41,714 nucleotides of DNA from Archangium sp. (lineage in GTDB: Bacteria > Myxococcota > Myxococcia > Myxococcales > Myxococcaceae): the NCBI GenBank assembly GCA_031367385.1, contig JANLPS010000503.1, forward strand, positions 1 to 41,714, in the 5' to 3' direction. Positions within the stretch are counted from its first letter, which is position 1, and every line of letters starts with the position of its first letter. The notes beneath the pieces are model-generated. The model made no database searches and had not been told where the DNA came from. It saw nothing but the letters and a program-made list of their open reading frames with translations. The position numbers and the translations under genes are program-made. Positions 26,997-34,652 of the stretch are shown piece by piece.

Positions 26997-27758
26997 CTAG
27001 GGAGACCCCGTCGCGATGAGAAACACCGCGCTCCACAGAAACGGCAGCAATGCCTTTCGCGTCTGCGGGTAGTCGGGAAAGGTCTTTCGGTACCACTGGT
27101 GATGCGACGCCGCCCTCGGCGCCAGGTTCGCGAACGTGAAGATCGCGAAGGCCCATGCCGCCAGGGTCTGCGCGGCGATCGCGAAACCCACCCACTCGAT
27201 GATCTCTCCGAAGTAGTTCGGCGAGGTGATGAGCCCGTACAACCCACCGCGAGGTATTTTGTAGCCCTCGTCTGCCGGGCCCCGCAGGGCGCGCAAAATC
27301 GAATCAGACTGCACGTTCACCGCGAACCCGGCGAGAAACAGGCTGGCGCCGATGAAGAACGCGAGGTCGAACGGCCGTTGCCGCAGCGCCGCCGCGTTGC
27401 CTGGTGCGTTGAACAGGTTGAAGAGCAGCGCCAACCCAGCCGTGAGCCAGGGTTGCTGCTTGCCGCGGCCCTTCATCAACAACGAGAAGATGAAGGTGCG
27501 TTGCACGTAATGCAGCAGCCACAGCGTGCCCAGCGCGAGCACCAGCGGTTGCCCAAAGTCGGGGTTTCGCACCCAGATGAGGGCGAAGACGAAGACGCTG
27601 GGCGACTCCATCAGCACCCAGCCGAAGCGCGCATTGAGCATCGGCCCCCAGCCGGGGCGAACGTGTCTGCCATAGGGCGCGGTGACGAAAAACAAGGCCG
27701 GAAACGCGCAGGCGGCGAAGCCCAGAACGCAGTACGGAGCCAACTCGAAGAACCTCAC
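26997..27758 (-). CDS. 3-oxo-5-alpha-steroid 4-dehydrogenase (steroid 5-alpha-reductase)-like membrane protein
   Basis: Start inferred at GTG 27758 (the 5' part of the track ORF is antisense to aarF); APYGRH, GWVLMESP, HYVQR, YKIPRGG..SPNYFGEIIEW, NLAPRA..HHQWY..FPDYP..RKALLP. Confidence 0.88.
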   Translation of the reverse strand: MRFFELAPYCVLGFAACAFPALFFVTAPYGRHVRPGWGPMLNARFGWVLMESPSVFVFALIWVRNPDFGQPLVLALGTLWLLHYVQRTFIFSLLMKGRGKQQPWLTAGLALLFNLFNAPGNAAALRQRPFDLAFFIGASLFLAGFAVNVQSDSILRALRGPADEGYKIPRGGLYGLITSPNYFGEIIEWVGFAIAAQTLAAWAFAIFTFANLAPRAASHHQWYRKTFPDYPQTRKALLPFLWSAVFLIATGSP

Positions 27759-27812
27759 GACGCCATCTTGCGTCTGATTGCCGACCCGGCCAAGGCATGA
27801 GACGGTGCCGCC

Positions 27813-29495
27813 GTGATTCGCGAGGCCTTTCAAGACCTGAACCGACTGCGCCAGATCGCGGTGATCGCTGGCCGGTATGGGTTCAGCAATTTGCTCGAGC
27901 GCTCGGGCGTCAAGAAGTCGGTGCCTGACGCGAAGATCGAAGAAAACCAGGAGACTCGCACCCACACCGTCGCACGTCGCTTTCGGCTGATGCTCTCTGA
28001 CCTGGGCCCGACCTTCGTCAAGCTGGGTCAGGTGATGTCGACCCGCGGTGACATGCTGCCGGCCGAGTTCATCGAAGAGCTCTCGGCGCTCCAAGATCAC
28101 GTGCCCCCGTTCGGGTTCGACTTGGTACAGGCACAGGTGCGCGCTGGCCTGGGCCGCGAGCTCGAAGAGATCTACTCGGAGTTCGAGGTCGAGCCCCTCG
28201 CCGCCGCGTCGATGGCCCAGGTGCATCGGGCGAAGACGATGGCGGGCGCCGACGTGGTCGTCAAAGTGCAGCGCCCCGACATCGCCGAGCAGATGCGCGC
28301 CGACCTCTCGGTGCTCCACTACGTCGCGCGGCTGCTCGAAGCGGTGATTGAAGAGGTGGGCGTCTACACCCCGACCGGCATCATCGAAGAGTTCGAGAAG
28401 GCGATCGTCGAAGAGCTCGATTTCTTGAATGAAGCCGCGAACATTCGGGCGTTCTACCGCACGCACCAGAACCGCCCGAAGATCAAGATCCCCAAGGTGT
28501 ACGACGAGCTGACCAGCCGCGTCGTGCTGACGATGGAGTTCATCCCGGCTCCGAACTTGTCGAAGGCGAACTTGACCGAGTCGGGCAAGCAGCGGCTCGC
28601 CGAGATTCTGCTCGAGGAGGCCTTCAAGCAGCTCTTCGAAGACGGGCTGTTTCACGGCGACCCGCACCCCGGCAATCTGTTGGTGCTCGAAGAGGGCCCG
28701 ATTCTCGCGCTGATCGATTTCGGGTTGGTCGGGCGCGTGACCCGTCAGATGCAAGAGACGCTGATTCAGCTAATTCTGGCCATCGCGCTCAAAGACTCCG
28801 AGTCGGTAGCCAAGACGTTGTACCGGCTGGGCACGCCTGATTCGCGCACCAACTTGATCTCGTTCAGGTCTGACATCGACGCGATCTTGACGACCTACCT
28901 GCCGGCCTCGCTCAAAGACGTCAACGCCAAGCATCTGCTGCGCGACCTGCTGAACCTGGCGATGAAGTATCGAATTCGGGTGCCGCGCGAGTTCGCGATT
29001 CTGTCGCGGGCGTCGATCGCGATCGAAGGCATCTTGCGCTCGCTCTACCCAGAGATGCCGATCGCGCAGATCTTTCTGCCCTACGGCAAGCAGCTGATGG
29101 CCGACCGCTTCGACCCGAGCCAAATCGAAGGCAGCGTGATGAAGACGTTGCTGCGGTTGCAGACGGCGGCGAGCGACCTCCCGGTGCAGCTGCAACAGAT
29201 CTTGCTCGACCTCGAGTCGGGGCGCTTTCGAGTCAACGTCAAGTCTGAGCAGCTCGAGCAGATGACGCAGAGCCTGCGAGCGCTGTCGGTGGTGACCTTC
29301 TCGGGGCTGTGCGCCTGCGGGTTCATCATCGGCACCTTCATCGCGTTCGCGAACAAGCCATGGGAGGTCGGCGGCATACCGGTGATGGGGGTGCTGGGCA
29401 TCGCGGGCACGGTGTTCTTGTTCTCGACCGCGGTGGTTCGCCAGCTTTGGCGCGGCTTTCGAAAAGTCAGCATCAAGCGTTTTCTCAAAAAGTAG
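27813..29495 (+). CDS. AarF/ABC1/UbiB atypical kinase-family protein with two C-terminal TMs
   Basis: LGPTFVKLGQ (KxGQ), PLAAASMAQVH, VVKVQRP, ELDF..EA, FHGDPHPGN, IDFGLVG. Confidence 0.95.
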   Translation: MIREAFQDLNRLRQIAVIAGRYGFSNLLERSGVKKSVPDAKIEENQETRTHTVARRFRLMLSDLGPTFVKLGQVMSTRGDMLPAEFIEELSALQDHVPPFGFDLVQAQVRAGLGRELEEIYSEFEVEPLAAASMAQVHRAKTMAGADVVVKVQRPDIAEQMRADLSVLHYVARLLEAVIEEVGVYTPTGIIEEFEKAIVEELDFLNEAANIRAFYRTHQNRPKIKIPKVYDELTSRVVLTMEFIPAPNLSKANLTESGKQRLAEILLEEAFKQLFEDGLFHGDPHPGNLLVLEEGPILALIDFGLVGRVTRQMQETLIQLILAIALKDSESVAKTLYRLGTPDSRTNLISFRSDIDAILTTYLPASLKDVNAKHLLRDLLNLAMKYRIRVPREFAILSRASIAIEGILRSLYPEMPIAQIFLPYGKQLMADRFDPSQIEGSVMKTLLRLQTAASDLPVQLQQILLDLESGRFRVNVKSEQLEQMTQSLRALSVVTFSGLCACGFIIGTFIAFANKPWEVGGIPVMGVLGIAGTVFLFSTAVVRQLWRGFRKVSIKRFLKK

Positions 29496-30278
29496 ATGCT
29501 CGTCGCCACCGCGTCAGTCAGCGTTCGTTACGGCGACCACGCGAGCCGAACTCATGGTGACCAGAGAGCCTCTCATGGTGACCAGAGAACCTCTCATGGT
29601 GACCAGAGAACCTCTCATGGTGACCAGAGAACCTCTCATGGTGAGCCTGTCGAACCACGACCCCACGACGACGGCGTCATCGCCCTGCGCGACGTGACAA
29701 TCGAGATCAACCCCGGCACCAAGGTCGTTCTGTGGGGCGCCGCGGCCAGTGGCAAGACGACCCTGCTCAAGACCCTCGCTGGGCTGATCAGGCCCTCGAG
29801 CGGTCACGTTCGGTGGGGCCACCACGACCCCGCAGCCCTGACCTCGTCTGTTCGTCGCGAGCTGCAGTCGAACTTCGGCATGGTGTTTCAGTCTGATGCC
29901 CTCTTCGACTCGATGTCGGTGCTCGAGAACGTCTTGTTGCCGCTGCGAAAACGGCGGGTGCCCGAAGACGAAGCCAGGGCGCGGGCGCTCGAGGCGATTG
30001 AGCGGGTGGGCCTCACCGACGCGATGCTCAAGCGCCCCGAAGCACTCTCAGGGGGCATGAAAAAGCGCTGCGGCGTCGCGCGGGCGATCGTCTCGCGACC
30101 CAGCGTGCTGCTCGCCGACGACCCTTTCGCCGGCTTAGACCCTGCCACTGAAAAATCGATCGCCGAGCTGCTGCTCGAGGTGTCTCGAGGGCGCACGCTG
30201 ATCGCCGCCCTGCCCGACCCTGTCGACGCGTTGCCGGCCGACAGGCTGGTGCACCTGACCCAGGGTGAGCTCACGTGA
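29496..30278 (+). CDS. MlaF-like ABC ATPase 1 (degenerate Walker B/H-loop, N-terminal repeat insertion)
   Basis: GAAASGKTT, GMVFQSDALFDSMSVLENV, LSGGMKKR, LADDPFAGLDP, no switch His; ATG immediately follows the aarF stop. Confidence 0.88.
   Translation: MLVATASVSVRYGDHASRTHGDQRASHGDQRTSHGDQRTSHGDQRTSHGEPVEPRPHDDGVIALRDVTIEINPGTKVVLWGAAASGKTTLLKTLAGLIRPSSGHVRWGHHDPAALTSSVRRELQSNFGMVFQSDALFDSMSVLENVLLPLRKRRVPEDEARARALEAIERVGLTDAMLKRPEALSGGMKKRCGVARAIVSRPSVLLADDPFAGLDPATEKSIAELLLEVSRGRTLIAALPDPVDALPADRLVHLTQGELT
29551..29644 (+). repeat. 21-bp tandem repeat CTCATGGTGACCAGAGAACCT, 4 full units + 10-bp partial, in frame within mlaF1
   Basis: Units start at 29551, 29572, 29593, 29614 and 29635 (partial); unit 1 has one A>G difference; encodes (S/T)HGDQR(A/T). 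Confidence 0.97.
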
Positions 30279-31030
30279 GCTGGGTGATGCAGCTGCTGCG
30301 GCTCGGTGGCGCGATCGGTCTGGTGCTCGCCCGCACCGTGCTGCATTTGCCCAAGCTCGACCGCCGTGAGCTTGGGCGCTCGCTCTTCTTGTTCGGCTAC
30401 AAGTCGATGCCCCTGGCCGTCGGCACCGGCGCTTTGATCGGGTCGACGGTCGTGCTCCAGGCGGGCGTCTACGCGAACAAATTCGGCACCCGCCAGTACA
30501 CCGGGTGGGCCGCCGGGTACGCGCTGGTCTGGGAGTTCGGCCCGCTCCTCCTCGGCCTGATGCTCGCCGCACGCATCGGAGCCCGCAACGCCGCCGAGCT
30601 CGCCCTGCTCTCGGTCAACGGTCAAATCGAAGGGCTGCGCGGCATCTCACTCGACCCGTTTCGAATCTTGGTGGTGCCCCGCGTGCTGGCGAGCGCGATC
30701 TCGGTCACCGCGCTCTCGACGGTGACCTTTCTGGTCGCGATCGCCTGGGAAGGCATCTCGGCCTACTTCACGCTCTCCCTGCCCCTGCGGGTCTTCTTCA
30801 ACTCGTTTTCAGAGCTGCTGGGCGTTGGTGACCTCGCGGGCGGCATTCTCAAGTCGCTCGCCTTTGGCACCGCGATCGCGCTCGTCTCCACGGCCGTGGG
30901 GCTCCGTGCCACCGGGGGCGCTCGAGGCGTCGGCCAAGCGGCAGCCTCAGCAGTCGTGATGAGCTGCGGCTCAATCTTCGCGCTCGATTTTCTGCTCACA
31001 CCGGTGCTGATGCGGGTGTTCGGCACATGA
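30275..31030 (+). CDS. MlaE/YrbE-family permease 1
   Basis: EFGPLLLGLMLAARIGARNAAELA, QIEGLR..DPFRILVVPR, GGARGVGQAA. Confidence 0.92.
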   Translation: MSWVMQLLRLGGAIGLVLARTVLHLPKLDRRELGRSLFLFGYKSMPLAVGTGALIGSTVVLQAGVYANKFGTRQYTGWAAGYALVWEFGPLLLGLMLAARIGARNAAELALLSVNGQIEGLRGISLDPFRILVVPRVLASAISVTALSTVTFLVAIAWEGISAYFTLSLPLRVFFNSFSELLGVGDLAGGILKSLAFGTAIALVSTAVGLRATGGARGVGQAAASAVVMSCGSIFALDFLLTPVLMRVFGT

Positions 31031-31773
31031 GTGAGCTGCTGCGAGTCAGCGGCGCCACGCTGGTGCTCTTCGCGCGTACCTTGCGCAGCATTCGCCGTGA
31101 GGGGCTCTCGTTCAGACAGACACTGGTGCAGGCCTACGCGCTCGGGGCCTCGTCGGCGCTCCTGGTCGGCATGGGCATGACCTTCTTCGGCGTGGTCGTC
31201 ACGAGCATCGCCTACGCCCAGGCGCGCAAATACGTGGGCAATGTCACGATCTTGGGGCCCGCCTACTTCGAGCTCATCGTTCGCGAGTTCGCCCCGATGA
31301 TGACCGCGTTGCTGGCCGCCTCGCGCTCGGCCGCCGCGACCTCGGCCGAGCTGGGAGCGATGTCGGTCAACGAGCAGATCGAAGCGCTCGAATTGTCAGC
31401 CGCCGACCCGATTGCCGAGCTGGTCGCGCCCCGGCTGGTGGCCTCGGTGCTCTCGATGCCGGCCCTGAGCGTCATCGGCATCGCCACCGCCAGCATCAGC
31501 GCCGCGCTCAGCGTGACCTACCTCTTTCACGCCGATGGCTGGAGCTTCGTCGACCCCCGCTTTATCGAGCGCGGCGACGTGCTCTGCTCCTTCGTCAAAT
31601 CGGTTCTCTGCGGTGCTTTCATCCCCCTTATCGCGTCGGTGCGTGGCTTCGCAGCCCGAGGTGGGGCCGCCTCGGTCGGAGACGCCGTCACCCTGGGCGT
31701 GGTCGGCGCCTGCATGGGCTGCCTGGTGATCGACTTTCTGGTCGCCGCGACCTTTCTGGTAATCGGGCTGTGA
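31027..31773 (+). CDS. MlaE/YrbE-family permease 2
   Basis: REFAPMMTALL..SAELGAMSVNEQIEALE..DPIAELVAPR, GGAASVGDAVT. Confidence 0.92.
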   Translation: MSELLRVSGATLVLFARTLRSIRREGLSFRQTLVQAYALGASSALLVGMGMTFFGVVVTSIAYAQARKYVGNVTILGPAYFELIVREFAPMMTALLAASRSAAATSAELGAMSVNEQIEALELSAADPIAELVAPRLVASVLSMPALSVIGIATASISAALSVTYLFHADGWSFVDPRFIERGDVLCSFVKSVLCGAFIPLIASVRGFAARGGAASVGDAVTLGVVGACMGCLVIDFLVAATFLVIGL

Positions 31774-32447
31774 TTTCATTCGACCAGGTCACCAAGTCGT
31801 TCAATGGCGTCACCGTGCTCGAGGGCCTGAGCGCCACCATTTCACTCAGTGGCATCACCTTCATCGTCGGCAAGTCAGGCAGCGGCAAGTCGGTGCTCTG
31901 TCGCCTCGCGGTGGGCCTGCTCAAGCCTGACTCAGGCGCGGTGCGCGTCTTCGACCAGCGCGTCGACCAATTGCCAGAGCGCGAGTTGCAAAAGGTGCGA
32001 GCCCAGCTGCCGTACCTGGTTCAAGGCCCGGCGCTGCTCGACTGGCTCACGCTCGAAGACAACGTGGCCCTGGCCTCTGCGAACTCGAAGGTCGATGGCC
32101 GTGCACATCAGGCACTGGAGCGGGTCGGGCTCAAAGACCTCACCACCCGTATGCCTCCCGCGGTTGGGCCGGGCATTCGCAAGCGCGCCGCCATCGCCAG
32201 GGCGCTCGTTCTGGCTCCCGCGTTCTTGCTGCTCGACGAGCCAACGACCGGTCTTGACAAAGAGGCCTCGGGCCAGGTCAACGACACCCTGCGACGCCTG
32301 CGCGACGAAGGCCTCGGCGCCGCGCTGGTCTCGCATGACTACCGCGCACTCGATGGCCTCGCCGACCACGTGATTGAAGTGCGAGATGGCAAGACCGGCT
32401 ACCAGGGCGGCAAGACAGGCTTTCTCTCGACGAGGAGCGAGCACTGA
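31770..32447 (+). CDS. MlaF-like ABC ATPase 2 (degenerate signature motif)
   Basis: GKSGSGKS, LLLDEPTTGLD and VSHD intact; signature reads VGPGIRKR instead of LSGG. Confidence 0.9.
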   Translation: MISFDQVTKSFNGVTVLEGLSATISLSGITFIVGKSGSGKSVLCRLAVGLLKPDSGAVRVFDQRVDQLPERELQKVRAQLPYLVQGPALLDWLTLEDNVALASANSKVDGRAHQALERVGLKDLTTRMPPAVGPGIRKRAAIARALVLAPAFLLLDEPTTGLDKEASGQVNDTLRRLRDEGLGAALVSHDYRALDGLADHVIEVRDGKTGYQGGKTGFLSTRSEH

Positions 32448-32474
32448 GCCCGCCCCTCGCCCTCGTTGAATCGT

Positions 32475-33206
32475 TTAAGAGACCGGGGCCGGCTCCACCG
32501 GCGCCTCGGCGTGCTTGGTCACGACCCGTGAATTCAGCGCGGGCACGTGCTCATCGACTTGGTCGCCGAAGAGGTTCGCACCGTGACGCCACAGCTCGGC
32601 GTGCTGCTCGAGCACCAGCGTCCACAACCGGGCCTGATGATCGAGCGCTTTCGACAGGGCGAGATTCGGCAGCTCCACCGTGCCAGAGGGGGTCGCGATG
32701 TCGAGGTACGTGCGGGCGCGGGCCACGCGTTCGTCGAGCTGATCGGCGCCGAACATCTTCGCTTTGATTTCGGGCGAGGCGTTGGCGATCGCAGCCATGG
32801 CAATGACGTCTTTGGCTGCATCAATCGGCCCCGACCCAGCACGAATGCGTTCGATCTCGGCTTCATCGACCAGCCCGTTGGTGGCCCAGAGCTCGGCTTG
32901 CGGCATCAACGCGGCCCGGTCTGCCCAAATCTGATTGATCATCTGAACGTTGATCTTTGTCTTCGCGCGCTCCTGGGCGATCTTCAGCGTGGCGTCGTGG
33001 AGCGCGTCGAGCAGGACGGTCAACCTTGGCTCGGCTGGCACGTACTTGATCAACATGCCTTTGAGCTTCTCGTGGTGTGGTGCCACCGAAGCCAGGCCGA
33101 CGCGAGCGTTCTGCCTGACGACATCGAACGACGAGAGAAAGGCTTTGACCTGTGCCGGTGAAAGACTGGCGGCTTGAGCGAGAATGGCGGCAAGTAACGA
33201 TTGCAT
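32475..33206 (-). CDS. Hypothetical, predicted helical cytoplasmic protein inserted antisense within the mla operon
   Basis: 243-aa ORF with strong RBS (GAGGAG) upstream; C-terminal RLWTL..LW..G..LFG..VD.HVP.L pattern; no recognised domain. Confidence 0.75.
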   Translation of the reverse strand: MQSLLAAILAQAASLSPAQVKAFLSSFDVVRQNARVGLASVAPHHEKLKGMLIKYVPAEPRLTVLLDALHDATLKIAQERAKTKINVQMINQIWADRAALMPQAELWATNGLVDEAEIERIRAGSGPIDAAKDVIAMAAIANASPEIKAKMFGADQLDERVARARTYLDIATPSGTVELPNLALSKALDHQARLWTLVLEQHAELWRHGANLFGDQVDEHVPALNSRVVTKHAEAPVEPAPVS

Positions 33207-33409
33207 TTGGGTGCTCCTCTTGGGCTGCGAGTGTGTGCTTCGGGGTGCCCAGACGCAGCCGCTGAAGGCGTATTCACGACCACGCGTGAAATATTCGGTG
33301 ATTCATACAAACGCATGATTCTTCAACCCATTTTCTGGCCAGAAGCATGGCCGCCCATGTCTTTCGCGCGCACACGTGGGCCGCAGAAATGGCCGGCCGC
33401 TCAGGCAGA

Positions 33410-33589
33410 GGGCTCGAGTCGCAACGGAGAGTCGATGGCCATGCCGGTGAGCGATGAGAGCCGCAGCTCGAAACGGACAGCCTCTGTTTTTGCCGGCTTT
33501 TTCCGGTTTTTTGAGCTGCAGGCCATTCAGCGAACTGGCTTTCGCGGCTCAGACCCATGCCTCATATGACTTCAAACCGACTCGAGCCC
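33410..33589. repeat. Nested inverted-repeat element bounded by a perfect 12-bp IR (MITE-like or structured RNA)
   Basis: GGGCTCGAGTCG (33410-33421) / CGACTCGAGCCC (33578-33589); inner pairs GAGCCGC/GCGGCTC and GCAGCTC/GAGCTGC. Confidence 0.6.
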
Positions 33590-33635
33590 GACCGACGCAT
33601 GCTTTCCGTAGGCGACGGTGTAAGAGGGGTGCCCG

Positions 33636-34652
33636 ATGAGCAACGACGAAACCCGCCTCGAGCTCAAAGTGGGTGCCCTGCTGGCGGCTGCCATCATCGG
33701 CGGCCTGGTGCTGCTCGCGCTGATGGGTGAGCTGCATCTGGGCTCTGCCAGCCAGCTCGCCGTCGACTTCGCGCACACCGGCAACGTGGTGAAGGGCGCT
33801 CCGGTCAAGCTCGGGGGCGTCGTGGTGGGCCGCGTCGATCAGGTCGAGCTGCTCGCCACTCGCCGCGACATCGACAACGAGCCGCTGCCAGTCAAGATGC
33901 ACCTCGGCCTCAGCGTTGAAGCCGTGGCCTCGCTCCGCACCGACGCGTCGGTGACCATCGCGACCCAGGGCCCTTTGGGAGAGCCCTACCTCGAGCTCTG
34001 GCCCGGCTCCCAGGCCACTGCACACGACCCGAAGCTCTCGGTTCGCGGCATCGACCCGCTTCGCATCGACCTGGTGGCCGGCCGCCTGTCAAAGCTCCTC
34101 GAAGCCGCTGGCAGAACCATCGAGAACGACCCCCAGGCGATCGGCAAACTGCTCACCGGTGTCGGCAATCTCAGCACCACCGTCGACGGCATGCTGGTCG
34201 AGAACCGCGAGCAGGTACGCGACATCGCCACTGAGCTCGCCGGCGCCGTGAAAGACCTGCACGCCTTGTCGTCACTGCTCCGCACCCAGCTCGAGCCGGG
34301 GGGCCGTGCGCACGCGTTGATCGACGACGCGGCTGCCACCGCGAAGCTGGCTCGCACTGACTTGCCCGACCTCTCGAAGAAGGCCTCGGTCGCGCTCGGA
34401 GGTCTCGCAGGCATCGCTGGCCCCCTCACCGAAGAAGATGGCCAGCGCCTGAAGGCGATGATCGCGAAGTACCAATCGGCTGGCGAAAAGCTCGACGCGA
34501 TCGCGACCCGCGCCGACAAGCTGCTCGCCAGAATCGATTCAGGCGAAGGCACACTGGGCGCGCTGGCCAAAGACAAAGAGGTCTACGACGACCTCAAGTC
34601 GCTGCTGGCCGACCTCCGCAAGCACCCGTGGAAGATGTTGTGGAAGGATTAG
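33636..34652 (+). CDS. MlaD/MCE-domain protein with long helical C-terminus
   Basis: ELKVGA + TM, GAPVKLGGVVVGRV, IATQGPLGEPYLELWPG, GEGTLGAL..VYDDL..DLRKHPWK. Confidence 0.93.
   Translation: MSNDETRLELKVGALLAAAIIGGLVLLALMGELHLGSASQLAVDFAHTGNVVKGAPVKLGGVVVGRVDQVELLATRRDIDNEPLPVKMHLGLSVEAVASLRTDASVTIATQGPLGEPYLELWPGSQATAHDPKLSVRGIDPLRIDLVAGRLSKLLEAAGRTIENDPQAIGKLLTGVGNLSTTVDGMLVENREQVRDIATELAGAVKDLHALSSLLRTQLEPGGRAHALIDDAAATAKLARTDLPDLSKKASVALGGLAGIAGPLTEEDGQRLKAMIAKYQSAGEKLDAIATRADKLLARIDSGEGTLGALAKDKEVYDDLKSLLADLRKHPWKMLWKD

Noticed and set aside
27759..28754. N-terminal extension of the 585-aa ORF (apparent reductase fusion)
   Set aside because: Antisense shadow of aarF; reductase similarity begins near 27758
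29551..29644. CRISPR array
   Set aside because: Units are head-to-tail with no unique spacers, in frame within a CDS, and no cas genes are present
29496..30278. mlaF1 as a pseudogene
   Set aside because: The frame is intact and coupled at both ends, and its defects are complementary to those of mlaF2, which fits selection better than decay
33410..33589. Retron msr-msd (bounded by inverted repeats)
   Set aside because: No reverse transcriptase in the window; the adjacent protein lacks YADD-type motifs
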